Below are positions 17,984 to 27,468 of a stretch of DNA of 32,000 nt, one piece after another. The stretch lies in the sequence record NC_015274.1; one strand, given 5' to 3'. Every line of letters starts with the position of its first letter. The stretch's first letter is position 1. The position numbers and the translations under genes were made by a program. Origin of the DNA: Streptococcus phage Dp-1. The notes under the pieces were generated by a model. It searched no databases. It was given only the letters and a program-made list of their open reading frames with translations, and had not been told where the DNA came from.

Positions 17984-18253
17984 ATGTTGAACCTTACAAA
18001 ATCGCGCCAAATTGTGGCAGAGTTCACTATTGGACAAGGAGCTGAAAAGAAACTTGTCAAAACAACGATTGTGAACATTGATGCAAACGCAGTATCAACC
18101 GTCTCTGAAACTCTTCATGACCCAGACTTGTATGCTGCGAACCGTCGAGAACTTCGAGCTGACGAGCAAAAACTTCGCGAAACTCGTTACGCAATCGAAG
18201 ATGAAATTCTAGCTGAACAGTCAAAGACTGAAACAGCTCTAACAGCTGAATAA
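17984..18253 (+). CDS. Small DUF1366-like phage protein at start of lysis cassette
   Basis: AAAGGAGG at 17967..17974 fits ATG 17984 better than the listed GTG at 17975; position upstream of holins. Confidence 0.6.
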   Translation: MLNLTKSRQIVAEFTIGQGAEKKLVKTTIVNIDANAVSTVSETLHDPDLYAANRRELRADEQKLRETRYAIEDEILAEQSKTETALTAE

Positions 18254-18267
18254 GGAGGCGTCAATCT

Positions 18268-18696
18268 ATGCCAATGTGGCTAAACGACACAGCAGTCTTG
18301 ACGACGATTATTACAGCGTGCAGCGGAGTGCTTACTGTCCTACTAAATAAGTTATTCGAATGGAAATCGAATAAAGCCAAGAGCGTTTTAGAGGATATCT
18401 CTACAACTCTTAGCACTCTTAAACAGCAGGTCGACGGGATTGACCAAACGACAGTAGCAATCAATCACCAAAATGACGTCATTCAAGACGGAACTAGAAA
18501 AATTCAACGTTACCGTCTTTATCACGACTTAAAAAGGGAAGTGATAACAGGCTATACAACTCTCGACCATTTTAGAGAGCTCTCTATTTTATTCGAAAGT
18601 TATAAGAACCTTGGCGGAAATGGTGAAGTTGAAGCCTTGTATGAAAAATACAAGAAATTACCAATTAGGGAGGAAGATTTAGATGAAACTATCTAA
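18268..18696 (+). CDS. Putative membrane-anchored lysis-associated/holin-like protein
   Basis: One N-terminal hydrophobic segment (TAVLTTIITACSGVLTVLLNKLF), then a charged coiled region; in the lysis cassette. Confidence 0.5.
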   Translation: MPMWLNDTAVLTTIITACSGVLTVLLNKLFEWKSNKAKSVLEDISTTLSTLKQQVDGIDQTTVAINHQNDVIQDGTRKIQRYRLYHDLKREVITGYTTLDHFRELSILFESYKNLGGNGEVEALYEKYKKLPIREEDLDETI

Positions 18697-18907
18697 CGAA
18701 CAATATGACGTAGCAAAGAACGTGGTAACCGTAGTCGTTCCAGCAGCGATTGCACTAATTACAGGTCTTGGAGCGTTGTATCAATTTGACACTACTGCTA
18801 TCACAGGAACCATTGCACTTCTTGCAACTTTTGCAGGTACTGTTCTAGGAGTTTCTAGCCGAAACTACCAAAAGGAACAAGAAGCTCAAAACAATGAGGT
18901 GGAATAA
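18683..18907 (+). CDS. Holin (Dp-1 type)
   Basis: 74 aa with two hydrophobic segments ([20 protein letters not shown]; [19 protein letters not shown]), directly upstream of the endolysin. Confidence 0.8.
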   Translation: MKLSNEQYDVAKNVVTVVVPAAIALITGLGALYQFDTTAITGTIALLATFAGTVLGVSSRNYQKEQEAQNNEVE

Positions 18908-19797
18908 TGGGAGTCGATATTGAAAAAGGCGTTGCGTGGATGCAGGCCCGAAAGGGTCGAGTATCTTATAGCATGGACTTTCGAGACGGTCCTGATAGCT
19001 ATGACTGCTCAAGTTCTATGTACTATGCTCTCCGCTCAGCCGGAGCTTCAAGTGCTGGATGGGCAGTCAATACTGAGTACATGCACGCATGGCTTATTGA
19101 AAACGGTTATGAACTAATTAGTGAAAATGCTCCGTGGGATGCTAAACGAGGCGACATCTTCATCTGGGGACGCAAAGGTGCTAGCGCAGGCGCTGGAGGT
19201 CATACAGGGATGTTCATTGACAGTGATAACATCATTCACTGCAACTACGCCTACGACGGAATTTCCGTCAACGACCACGATGAGCGTTGGTACTATGCAG
19301 GTCAACCTTACTACTACGTCTATCGCTTGACTAACGCAAATGCTCAACCGGCTGAGAAGAAACTTGGCTGGCAGAAAGATGCTACTGGTTTCTGGTACGC
19401 TCGAGCAAACGGAACTTATCCAAAAGATGAGTTCGAGTATATCGAAGAAAACAAGTCTTGGTTCTACTTTGACGACCAAGGCTACATGCTCGCTGAGAAA
19501 TGGTTGAAACATACTGATGGAAATTGGTATTGGTTCGACCGTGACGGATACATGGCTACGTCATGGAAACGGATTGGCGAGTCATGGTACTACTTCAATC
19601 GCGATGGTTCAATGGTAACCGGTTGGATTAAGTATTACGATAATTGGTATTATTGTGATGCTACCAACGGCGACATGAAATCGAATGCGTTTATCCGTTA
19701 TAACGACGGCTGGTATCTACTATTACCGGACGGACGTCTGGCAGATAAACCTCAATTCACCGTAGAGCCGGACGGGCTCATTACTGCTAAAGTTTAA
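18907..19797 (+). CDS. pal: Endolysin Pal: N-acetylmuramoyl-L-alanine amidase with C-terminal choline-binding repeats
   Basis: [15 protein letters not shown] and GHTGMFI catalytic signatures. Choline-binding repeats from ~19363 ([28 protein letters not shown]). Recognised as the Dp-1 Pal sequence. Confidence 0.97.
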   Translation: MGVDIEKGVAWMQARKGRVSYSMDFRDGPDSYDCSSSMYYALRSAGASSAGWAVNTEYMHAWLIENGYELISENAPWDAKRGDIFIWGRKGASAGAGGHTGMFIDSDNIIHCNYAYDGISVNDHDERWYYAGQPYYYVYRLTNANAQPAEKKLGWQKDATGFWYARANGTYPKDEFEYIEENKSWFYFDDQGYMLAEKWLKHTDGNWYWFDRDGYMATSWKRIGESWYYFNRDGSMVTGWIKYYDNWYYCDATNGDMKSNAFIRYNDGWYLLLPDGRLADKPQFTVEPDGLITAKV

Positions 19798-19843
19798 AAT
19801 ATAGAGAGGAGGAAGCTCTTTTCTTAATATTGTTTCTCTTAAT

Positions 19844-19872
19844 CCCGCAAGGTTTCGACCCTGCGGGGTTTT
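19844..19872 (+). terminator. Terminator after pal
   Basis: CCCGCA-a-GG-TTTCGA-CC-c-TGCGGG then GTTTT. Confidence 0.75.
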
Positions 19873-19926
19873 GTGTCGTATATTACTCTATTTACTTATT
19901 CGAAGATTTCAATTATAATTAAATAG

Positions 19927-19949
19927 TCAACATGATTCATGATTGTTGA
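19927..19949. promoter_or_regulatory. Inverted repeat, possible operator
   Basis: TCAACA-TGATTCATGAT-TGTTGA, 6-bp arms, in the late/early intergenic gap. Confidence 0.3.
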
Positions 19950-19961
19950 TATGACCCTTTC

Positions 19962-19995
19962 CGCCCTACATAATTTGTGGGGCGTTTATTTTTTA
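19962..19995 (+). terminator. Second terminator in late/early intergenic region
   Basis: CGCCCTACA-TAATT-TGTGGGGCG (9 bp with one T-G) then TTTATTTTTT. Confidence 0.8.
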
Positions 19996-20016
19996 TAAAA
20001 ATTTTTTACAAAATGC

Positions 20017-20045
20017 TTGACAACATTCACTCATTATCGTATAAT
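20017..20045 (+). promoter_or_regulatory. Sigma-70 promoter for early operon (TTGACA-N17-TATAAT)
   Basis: Perfect -35 and -10 with 17-nt spacer, ~44 nt upstream of the gene at 20089. Confidence 0.9.
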
Positions 20046-20088
20046 ACAATTATAAAAATAAATAAAGCCGAAAGGCGAGGAGGACATT

Positions 20089-20793
20089 ATGTCAAAAATT
20101 AAATTCGAAAACCTTAAAAAAGGCGATGTTGTGCTACGAGCTAAATCTCAAACGAAGTTTAAAATCGTTTCAATTTTAGCAGACGAAAAGAAAGCAGACC
20201 TTGAATCATTAGAAGACGGAGGTGAACTTCACCTTTCAGCTTCAACTCTCGAACGTTGGTACACAATGGAAGATGAAACTGAACCTAAAAAAGAAGAAGC
20301 TGCTAAACCTGCTAAAAAGGCTGCTCCTGCAGTTGCTCGACCTGCTCGAAAAGGTAGAGTCGTTCCCAAACCTAAAAAAGAAGTCCTTGAGGAAGAAATT
20401 CCTGAAGTTAAGGAACAGCCGGAAGAAGTTGGTTCAGTTAGTGAGAAATCTACTGTTCGAAAACCTGCTCCTAAAAAAGAAAGCGTGATGGCGATTACTA
20501 AGGCTCTTGAAAGTCGAATTGTTGAAGCCTTTCCTGCGTCTACTCGAATCGTCACTCAGTCTTACATCGCCTATCGCTCTAAGAAGAACTTCGTTACTAT
20601 CGAAGAAACTCGAAAAGGTGTTTCTATTGGAGTTCGCGCAAAAGGGTTGACAGAAGACCAAAAGAAACTTCTTGCATCTATTGCTCCTGCATCTTACGAA
20701 TGGGCGATTGACGGAATTTTTAAACTCGTCAAGGAAGAAGATATTGACACCGCAATGGAATTGATTGAAGCTTCTCACCTTTCTTCGCTATGA
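20089..20793 (+). CDS. Two-domain protein of unknown function; C-terminal domain resembles DUF5655, with a Lys/Pro/Ala/Glu-rich linker
   Basis: 234 aa, GAGGAGG RBS, first gene of the early operon; C-terminal TKALESRIVEAFP...YIAYRSKKNFVTIEETRKGVSIGVRAKG. Confidence 0.6.
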   Translation: MSKIKFENLKKGDVVLRAKSQTKFKIVSILADEKKADLESLEDGGELHLSASTLERWYTMEDETEPKKEEAAKPAKKAAPAVARPARKGRVVPKPKKEVLEEEIPEVKEQPEEVGSVSEKSTVRKPAPKKESVMAITKALESRIVEAFPASTRIVTQSYIAYRSKKNFVTIEETRKGVSIGVRAKGLTEDQKKLLASIAPASYEWAIDGIFKLVKEEDIDTAMELIEASHLSSL

Positions 20794-22481
20794 TTGAAAT
20801 CGTTATAGCACGTTCGAAAGCTAGGCGAGGTCGAACCCTATTTATTGAAACATGGGCAAGCACTGATGAAGATGCAGTTAAAATGGCAGAAAAGATTTCC
20901 AGCTTGCCCAATGTAGTCGAGACGTCTTCTAATAACTTCGAACTACCTTATAAGTATTTCAATAATGTTATAGACGCTCTAGATGAATGGGAGCTTCACA
21001 TCTTCGGCGAACTTGATAAAGATGTTCAAGACTACATTGACTCTCGAAACCGAATAGCTTCTTCAAGCAATGAGCAGTTTTCGTTCAAGACTACTCCATT
21101 CGCGCACCAGGTTGAATGTTTCGAATACGCACAAGAGCATCCATGTTTCCTTTTAGGCGATGAGCAAGGTTTAGGGAAAACTAAACAGGCAATTGATATT
21201 GCAGTTAGCAGGAAGGCAAGTTTCAAACATTGTTTAATCGTATGTTGCATATCAGGGCTCAAATGGAATTGGGCAAAAGAAGTAGGTATTCATTCAAATG
21301 AGTCAGCTCATATTTTAGGAAGTCGAGTCACTAAAGATGGGAAATTAGTGATTGACGGAGTTTCTAAACGGGCAGAAGACTTGCTTGGTGGCCACGACGA
21401 ATTCTTCCTTATCACTAACATTGAAACTCTTCGCGATGCTGTGTTCATTAAATACTTAAATGAACTGACAAAAAGCGGAGAAATTGGAATGGTTATTATT
21501 GACGAGATTCACAAGTGTAAGAACCCTTCAAGTAAGCAAGGGGCTTCAATTCAAAAGCTCCAAAGTTATTACAAGATGGGACTTACAGGAACTCCTCTAA
21601 TGAATAACCCAATCGATGTATTCAATGTTATGAAGTGGCTAGGGGCGGAACATCATACACTGACTCAGTTCAAAGAGCGATACTGTATCGTCGACCAGTT
21701 CAATCAAATCACTGGATATCGAAATCTAGCTGAACTTCGCGAGCTTGTCAACGACTACATGCTTAGAAGAACGAAGGAAGAAGTTTTAGACCTGCCTGAA
21801 AAGATTCGAGTCACAGAGTATGTCGACATGAACTCGAAACAGTCAAAAATCTATAAGGAAGTTTTGACTAAACTTGTTCAAGAAATAGATAAAGTCAAGC
21901 TCATGCCTAACCCTCTAGCCGAAACGATTCGACTTCGACAAGCGACTGGAAATCCTTCGATTTTAACTACTCAAGATGTCAAGTCTTGCAAGTTCGAAAG
22001 ATGTATCGAAATTGTCGAGGAATGTATCCAGCAAGGAAAGTCCTGCGTGATATTTAGCAATTGGGAAAAGGTTATTGAACCTCTTGCTAAGATACTTTCG
22101 AAGACAGTCAAATGCAACCTGGTAACAGGAGAAACCGCAGATAAGTTCAACGAAATTGAAGAATTTATGAATCACAGAAAGGCTTCTGTTATTTTAGGAA
22201 CTATAGGTGCGCTAGGAACAGGATTTACTTTGACGAAAGCGGATACGGTTATTTTCTTAGATAGTCCGTGGACACGCGCAGAAAAGGACCAAGCCGAAGA
22301 TAGGTGTCATAGAATTGGCGCAAAAAGTTCTGTCACTATCTACACGCTTGTCGCCAAAGGTACTGTTGACGAACGTATAGAAGACCTTATTGAACGGAAA
22401 GGAGAATTAGCAGATTATATCGTAGATGGTAAGCCTATGAAATCTAAAATTGGTAACCTTTTCGATATCCTGCTTAAATAG
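20790..22481 (+). CDS. SNF2-family DEAD/DEAH-like helicase/ATPase
   Basis: LGDEQGLGKTKQAI (Walker A), VIIDEIHKCKN (motif II), LTGTPLMNNP, and QAEDRCHRIGAKSSVTIYTLVAKGTVDE (motif VI). Confidence 0.93.
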   Translation: MIEIVIARSKARRGRTLFIETWASTDEDAVKMAEKISSLPNVVETSSNNFELPYKYFNNVIDALDEWELHIFGELDKDVQDYIDSRNRIASSSNEQFSFKTTPFAHQVECFEYAQEHPCFLLGDEQGLGKTKQAIDIAVSRKASFKHCLIVCCISGLKWNWAKEVGIHSNESAHILGSRVTKDGKLVIDGVSKRAEDLLGGHDEFFLITNIETLRDAVFIKYLNELTKSGEIGMVIIDEIHKCKNPSSKQGASIQKLQSYYKMGLTGTPLMNNPIDVFNVMKWLGAEHHTLTQFKERYCIVDQFNQITGYRNLAELRELVNDYMLRRTKEEVLDLPEKIRVTEYVDMNSKQSKIYKEVLTKLVQEIDKVKLMPNPLAETIRLRQATGNPSILTTQDVKSCKFERCIEIVEECIQQGKSCVIFSNWEKVIEPLAKILSKTVKCNLVTGETADKFNEIEEFMNHRKASVILGTIGALGTGFTLTKADTVIFLDSPWTRAEKDQAEDRCHRIGAKSSVTIYTLVAKGTVDERIEDLIERKGELADYIVDGKPMKSKIGNLFDILLK

Positions 22482-22482
22482 A

Positions 22483-22707
22483 ATGAAAACTATCTCCATA
22501 TTAAGGAAAGACACTAAAAGGAAGCCGGACAGGAACGGAAGAAAAACTGCACTCGAACTAGCTCAAGAGATTGATATGTCACCTAGTGAGTTAGCAGAGC
22601 TCCTTCAAATTCCTGAAAGGACGGCAACCAGAATTTTAAAACTCGACAAACTGCTCAACAAAGAGCAATGCTCAATAATAGAAAGGTATATAAATGAAAT
22701 TCACTGA
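22483..22707 (+). CDS. Small helix-turn-helix DNA-binding protein
   Basis: TALELAQEIDMSPSELAELLQIPERTATRILKLDKLL. ATG 22483 just after the helicase stop is preferred over the listed 22450 start. Confidence 0.6.
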   Translation: MKTISILRKDTKRKPDRNGRKTALELAQEIDMSPSELAELLQIPERTATRILKLDKLLNKEQCSIIERYINEIH

Positions 22708-23035
22708 AGGAAAAAATTGGTATAAAGTTGGAGAGATATGTCAAATGTTGAACCGCTCTCTATCTACGATTAATGTTTGGTATGAAGCAAAAGACTTCGC
22801 TGAAGAAAATAACATTCACTTCCCGTTTGTTCTTCCTGAACCTAGAACAGACCTTGACCATCGTGGTTCTCGATTCTGGGATGACGAAGGCGTGAACAAA
22901 CTCAAACGATTTAGGGACAACCTAATGCGCGGTGACTTGGCATTCTACACTCGAACTCTTGTAGGGAAAACTGAAAGGGAAGCAATTCAAGAAGATGCTA
23001 AAGCATTTAAACGTGAACATGGATTGGAGAATTAA
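22694..23035 (+). CDS. Small MerR/excisionase-like DNA-binding protein
   Basis: YKVGEICQMLNRSLSTINVWYEAKDFAEE winged-helix type N-terminus. Confidence 0.5.
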   Translation: MKFTEGKNWYKVGEICQMLNRSLSTINVWYEAKDFAEENNIHFPFVLPEPRTDLDHRGSRFWDDEGVNKLKRFRDNLMRGDLAFYTRTLVGKTEREAIQEDAKAFKREHGLEN

Positions 23036-23455
23036 ATGAAATTTGAAGATGAAAAACAGTTCATCGCTGCAATTGAAGAAGCCGGTGAATTAAATGCTAC
23101 CAAAGGCGACATGGAGAAACAAGTCAAAAGTCTTCGTGATGCTCTAAAAGAGTACATGAAAGAAAATGACATTGAATCTGCTCAAGGTAAGCACTTTTCT
23201 GCTACCTTCTACACGACAGAGCGCTCAACTATGGACGAAGAACGCTTGAAAGAAATTATCGAAAAATTAGTTGACGAAGCCGAGACGGAAGAAATGTGTG
23301 AAAAACTTTCAGGGCTTATCGAATACAAGCCTGTCATCAATACGAAACTTCTCGAGGATATGATTTATCACGGCGAGATTGACCAAGAAGCAATTCTTCC
23401 AGCAGTTGTCATTTCTGTTACAGAAGGCATTCGTTTTGGAAAGGCTAAAATTTAG
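23036..23455 (+). CDS. Gp157-like siphovirus protein
   Basis: Helical N-terminal half followed by a short beta C-terminus; size and early operon context. Confidence 0.4.
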   Translation: MKFEDEKQFIAAIEEAGELNATKGDMEKQVKSLRDALKEYMKENDIESAQGKHFSATFYTTERSTMDEERLKEIIEKLVDEAETEEMCEKLSGLIEYKPVINTKLLEDMIYHGEIDQEAILPAVVISVTEGIRFGKAKI

Positions 23456-23465
23456 CGATATTTTT

Positions 23466-23533
23466 GGTTCTGCGACGTTTTTAGGGTTAGCAGAATCCAA
23501 TCACACCACTTGCGCAGGCAACCGCTGTCTGCG
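23466..23533 (+). promoter_or_regulatory. Candidate structured RNA element (two hairpins)
   Basis: Hairpin A: GGTTCTGC (23466..23473) with GCAGAATCC (23490..23498), one bulge. Hairpin B: CGCAGGC-AACCGCT-GTCTGCG (23513..23533). Confidence 0.45.
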
Positions 23534-23575
23534 TTAATTTTAGAAGGTTAATATTATACCATAAGGAGGAGATAA

Positions 23576-24055
23576 GTGGCAAGGCAAAGAATAGGCAATT
23601 CAGGAAAGCCTAAAAATGAAATTGAACTAACATTCAAAGACAAGCCTAAAACTCGTTCTACCTTATTCAAGAAGGACGTGGCAACAGGTCTTTCAAAAGT
23701 CGAGCATGATTATTTTCAAATAGTTGAAGCACTTAACGGAAAACAATTCGAACCTAATATGAAGCAGGTGTCATCTTTCTTTATAGTTCAGTATGAATTT
23801 ATTTTCAATATTAAGTGCATCGATTATAACTGGTTCAACTTTTCGAGCACTATGAAAAATGTTCGAACTTATTTAAACATTGAGTCGAACATTGAACTTT
23901 GTCGATTTTTAGCTGAAAGTTTTGTTAAATATGAAAATGTTCGAAAAAGATTGAACCTAAGCGAAAGGTTCATAACGGTCTCGACTTTCAAAAGAGCCTG
24001 GATTTTGGACGAACTCGAAGGAAAAACGGGTTCAAAATTCGAAGGATTTTATTAG
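23576..24055 (+). CDS. Hypothetical protein
   Basis: 159-aa ORF with GTG start after AAGGAGGAG; no recognised domain. Confidence 0.6.
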   Translation: MARQRIGNSGKPKNEIELTFKDKPKTRSTLFKKDVATGLSKVEHDYFQIVEALNGKQFEPNMKQVSSFFIVQYEFIFNIKCIDYNWFNFSSTMKNVRTYLNIESNIELCRFLAESFVKYENVRKRLNLSERFITVSTFKRAWILDELEGKTGSKFEGFY

Positions 24056-24090
24056 TTTAGTAGACTATTTTTAGATTTTTTAAAATGTGG

Positions 24091-24120
24091 TTTACAAAAT
24101 GACCTCAATAGGCGTATAAT
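24091..24120 (+). promoter_or_regulatory. Sigma-70-like promoter (TTTACA-N18-TATAAT)
   Basis: Good -35/-10 pair ~92 nt upstream of the helicase loader gene. Confidence 0.8.
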
Positions 24121-24211
24121 TTATCAATCTTGATTCTTTCGGGCCGGTATATATACACCAATAATCGAGAAATAATAAATTATAGTATCGAAAATATAAA
24201 AAGGAGAAAAG

Positions 24212-24856
24212 TTGGAAAATTTAGCTGATAGAATATGGAAGAAAAAGTTAAATGACCTTTTCGAGAGAAGTGGGCTACCTCAAAAGTATTTCGAACCTCA
24301 AGTGTTAGTCGAACGAAAAGCCGACAAGGAATGTTGGGAATGGCTAGAAGCTGTTCGAGCAAATATAGTCGAAGAAGTTCGAAACGGTCTTAGCATTGTT
24401 ATTGCTTCGAATACTGTCGGGAATGGGAAAACTAGCTGGGCGGTTCGACTTTTGCAACGCTATTTAGCAGAAACTGCACTTGACGGAAGAATTGTTGAGA
24501 AAGGAATGTTTGTAGTGTCAGCTCAACTATTGACTGAGTTCGGCGACTATAATTATTTTCAAACCATGCAAGAATTTCTCGAACGTTTCGAGCGCCTTAA
24601 GACTTGTGAGCTATTAGTCATAGACGAAATAGGTGGAGGTTCCTTAACCAAGGCCTCTTATCCTTATCTGTATGACTTGGTTAATTATAGGGTTGACAAT
24701 AACTTGTCGACTATTTATACGACTAATTATACTGACGATGAAATTATTGACCTTTTAGGCCAAAGGCTTTATAGTCGTATATATGATACTTCAGTGGTTC
24801 TAGATTTTCAGGCAAGCAATGTAAGAGGATTGGAGGTAAGCGAAATTGAATCATAG
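24212..24856 (+). CDS. DnaC/IstB-like AAA+ ATPase, putative helicase loader
   Basis: SNTVGNGKTSWAVRLL (Walker A), LLVIDEIGGG (Walker B), upstream of the DnaB-like helicase; TTG start with AAGGAG. Confidence 0.85.
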   Translation: MENLADRIWKKKLNDLFERSGLPQKYFEPQVLVERKADKECWEWLEAVRANIVEEVRNGLSIVIASNTVGNGKTSWAVRLLQRYLAETALDGRIVEKGMFVVSAQLLTEFGDYNYFQTMQEFLERFERLKTCELLVIDEIGGGSLTKASYPYLYDLVNYRVDNNLSTIYTTNYTDDEIIDLLGQRLYSRIYDTSVVLDFQASNVRGLEVSEIES

Positions 24857-25121
24857 ATATAGTAACATCACAACTATTTTTCTTTGGCAGATTGTCTTTC
24901 TTTGTATTTGCTGCGCGGTGTCCTATTGTGCAGGAGTGCATAATGAGCGAGAGTCTCAAGATAAGGTGATTCAAAGTTATAAGCAGAAAGAAAAGTCAGC
25001 CGTCTACTTGACAGTCGATAGTTCAGGAGCTTGGCTAGGAAGTGCTCCGGGAGCCAAGGAAAGTCCTCTCTACAATGAAAAGGGACAGCATGTAGGAAAA
25101 TTGAAAGAGGTGGGAGAGTGA
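24846..25121 (+). CDS. Small protein with N-terminal transmembrane segment
   Basis: TTIFLWQIVFLCICCAVSYCAGV hydrophobic stretch; overlapping start and stop codons with neighbours. Confidence 0.55.
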   Translation: MNHRYSNITTIFLWQIVFLCICCAVSYCAGVHNERESQDKVIQSYKQKEKSAVYLTVDSSGAWLGSAPGAKESPLYNEKGQHVGKLKEVGE

Positions 25122-26455
25122 TACAGCTTCAAGTCTTAAATAAAGTTCTCGAAGAAAAGAGCTTATCCATTTTAGAAAATAATGGAATTGACCAAGAATA
25201 CTTCACGGATTATTTAGACGAGTATCAATTTATTCAAGAACACTTTTCGAGATATGGAAGAGTTCCGGACGACGAAACTATTCTCGACCATTTTCCTGGA
25301 TTCGAATTTTTCGAAATTGGCGAAACTGATGAATACCTTATCGACAAGCTAAAAGAGGAGCATCTATATAATTCACTTGTTCCAATTTTAACGGAAGCGG
25401 CTGAGGACATTCAAGTAGATAGTAACATTGCGATTGCGAATATAATTCCAAAACTAGAAGAACTTTTCAATCGCTCTAAATTCGTAGGCGGACTAGACAT
25501 TGCTCGAAATGCTAAACTTCGACTAGACTGGGCGAATACTATTAGAAACCATGACGGTGAAAGACTTGGAATATCGACAGGGTTTGAACTATTGGACGAC
25601 GTGCTTGGAGGCTTACTTCCTGGTGAGGATTTGATTGTCATAATGGCTCGACCTGGACAAGGTAAGTCGTGGACTATTGATAAAATGCTTGCAACTGCTT
25701 GGAAGAACGGGCATGATGTCCTTCTATATAGCGGGGAAATGAGTGAAATGCAAGTTGGTGCTCGTATAGATACTATTCTTTCGAATGTTAGCATCAATTC
25801 AATTACCAAAGGGATTTGGAACGACCATCAGTTCGAAAAATATGAGGACCATATTCAAGCAATGACTGAGGCTGAAAATTCCCTTGTGGTAGTCACGCCC
25901 TTTATGATTGGAGGAAAGAACCTTACCCCTGCAATTTTAGATAGCATGATATCTAAATATAGACCATCTGTGGTGGGGATTGACCAGCTTTCACTCATGA
26001 GCGAGTCTTATCCAAGCAGGGAGCAGAAGCGAATCCAGTACGCCAACATCACCATGGACCTATATAAGATTTCTGCTAAATATGGAATTCCTATTGTGCT
26101 TAATGTCCAAGCAGGGCGTTCGGCTAAAACTGAAGGCGCTGAAAGTATGGAACTAGAACATATAGCAGAAAGTGATGGAGTAGGTCAAAATGCTAGCAGA
26201 GTTATCGCTATGAAGCGTGACGAAAAATCCGGCATACTTGAACTATCTGTCGTTAAAAACCGATATGGCGAAGACCGAAAAATCATCGAATATATGTGGG
26301 ACGTTGAAACTGGAACCTATACTCTTATAGGATTCAAAGAGGAAGGCGAAGAAGGAACTGAAAAAGGCGAAAGCTCTCCATTGAAAGCAAAAGCCTCTAG
26401 GTCGACTGCTCGTCTTCGAAGTAAGGTTACAAGGGAAGGAGTTGAAGCATTTTGA
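25118..26455 (+). CDS. Replicative DNA helicase (DnaB-like)
   Basis: VIMARPGQGKSWTIDKMLATAW (Walker A) and RecA-type core VVGIDQLSLMS; synteny with loader and primase. Confidence 0.92.
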   Translation: MIQLQVLNKVLEEKSLSILENNGIDQEYFTDYLDEYQFIQEHFSRYGRVPDDETILDHFPGFEFFEIGETDEYLIDKLKEEHLYNSLVPILTEAAEDIQVDSNIAIANIIPKLEELFNRSKFVGGLDIARNAKLRLDWANTIRNHDGERLGISTGFELLDDVLGGLLPGEDLIVIMARPGQGKSWTIDKMLATAWKNGHDVLLYSGEMSEMQVGARIDTILSNVSINSITKGIWNDHQFEKYEDHIQAMTEAENSLVVVTPFMIGGKNLTPAILDSMISKYRPSVVGIDQLSLMSESYPSREQKRIQYANITMDLYKISAKYGIPIVLNVQAGRSAKTEGAESMELEHIAESDGVGQNASRVIAMKRDEKSGILELSVVKNRYGEDRKIIEYMWDVETGTYTLIGFKEEGEEGTEKGESSPLKAKASRSTARLRSKVTREGVEAF

Positions 26456-27468
26456 TGAAAGTAAATGGTCTTCAAATTGAAGCGACTCCTGAACAAATAA
26501 TTGAAAAACTTTCGAGACAACTTGAAGACGAAGGAACATTCATTTTTAGACGAACTAAGTCGCTTGGAAGCAACTATCAATTCTCATGCCCGTTTCATGC
26601 AGGAGGGACTGAAAAGCATCCCTCTTGTGGCATGAGTAGAAATCCTTCTTATTCAGGAAGTAAGGTGACGGAAGCTGGAACGGTTCACTGTTTCACTTGC
26701 GGCTACACTTCAGGACTAACTGAATTCGTCTCGAATGTATTAGGTCGAAACGATGGAGGGTTCTATGGAAACCAGTGGCTGAAAAGGAATTTTGGAACAT
26801 CTAGCGAAGTAGTTAGGCAAGGCGTCAGCCCTGAAGCGTTTCGAAGAAATGGGAGAACTGAAAAAGTCGAGCATAAAATCATTCCTGAAGAGGAACTTGA
26901 TAAATACCGGTTTATTCATCCTTATATGTATGAACGGAAATTGACGGACGAGCTCATCGAGATGTTTGATGTAGGTTATGACAAACTGCATGATTGCATC
27001 ACCTTTCCAGTACGGAACCTCAAGGGCGAAACAGTATTCTTCAACCGTCGAAGTGTTCGTTCTAAGTTTCACCAGTACGGTGAAGATGACCCTAAAACGG
27101 AATTTCTTTATGGCCAATATGAGCTTGTAGCATTTCGAGACTATTTTGAAAAACCTATTAGTCAAGTATTCGTGACTGAGTCTGTTATCAACTGCTTGAC
27201 TCTTTGGTCAATGAAGATTCCAGCAGTCGCTCTTATGGGAGTAGGTGGAGGAAATCAAATCAATTTACTAAAACGACTTCCTTATAGAAATATTGTTCTA
27301 GCACTTGACCCTGATAACGCTGGGCAGACAGCGCAGGAAAAACTCTACCGACAGTTAAAGCGAAGCAAGGTCGTTAGATTTTTGAACTACCCTAAAGAGT
27401 TCTATGATAATAAGTGGGATATAAACGACCATCCGGAATTATTAAATTTTAATGATTTAGTCTTGTAG
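26455..27468 (+). CDS. DNA primase (DnaG-like, CHC2 zinc finger and TOPRIM)
   Basis: CPFHAGGTEKHPSCG...VHCFTCGYTSG zinc motif, TOPRIM-like VFVTESVINCLTLW...LALDPDNAGQTAQEK. ATG 26455 is preferred to TTG 26452. Confidence 0.92.
   Translation: MKVNGLQIEATPEQIIEKLSRQLEDEGTFIFRRTKSLGSNYQFSCPFHAGGTEKHPSCGMSRNPSYSGSKVTEAGTVHCFTCGYTSGLTEFVSNVLGRNDGGFYGNQWLKRNFGTSSEVVRQGVSPEAFRRNGRTEKVEHKIIPEEELDKYRFIHPYMYERKLTDELIEMFDVGYDKLHDCITFPVRNLKGETVFFNRRSVRSKFHQYGEDDPKTEFLYGQYELVAFRDYFEKPISQVFVTESVINCLTLWSMKIPAVALMGVGGGNQINLLKRLPYRNIVLALDPDNAGQTAQEKLYRQLKRSKVVRFLNYPKEFYDNKWDINDHPELLNFNDLVL

Noticed and set aside
19114-19512. Antisense ORF of 132 aa overlapping pal
   Set aside because: Mirror of a confidently identified gene; no independent evidence.
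19844-19872. GGTTTCGACCC looks like a tRNA T-arm
   Set aside because: No acceptor, D or anticodon arms around it; the symmetric GC stem followed by a T-tract fits a terminator.
20222-20488. 88-aa Lys/Leu-rich ORF inside the gene at 20089
   Set aside because: Frame-shifted reading of the Lys/Glu/Pro linker repeats; biased composition explains it.
23466-23533. Considered a known preQ1 riboswitch because of the queuosine link
   Set aside because: The sequence does not match the preQ1-I or preQ1-II consensus I know, so it is reported only as an unassigned structured element.
24121-24211. GTATATATAC palindrome in the helicase loader leader as an operator
   Set aside because: Short AT-rich palindromes are expected by chance in such leaders; no second copy seen.
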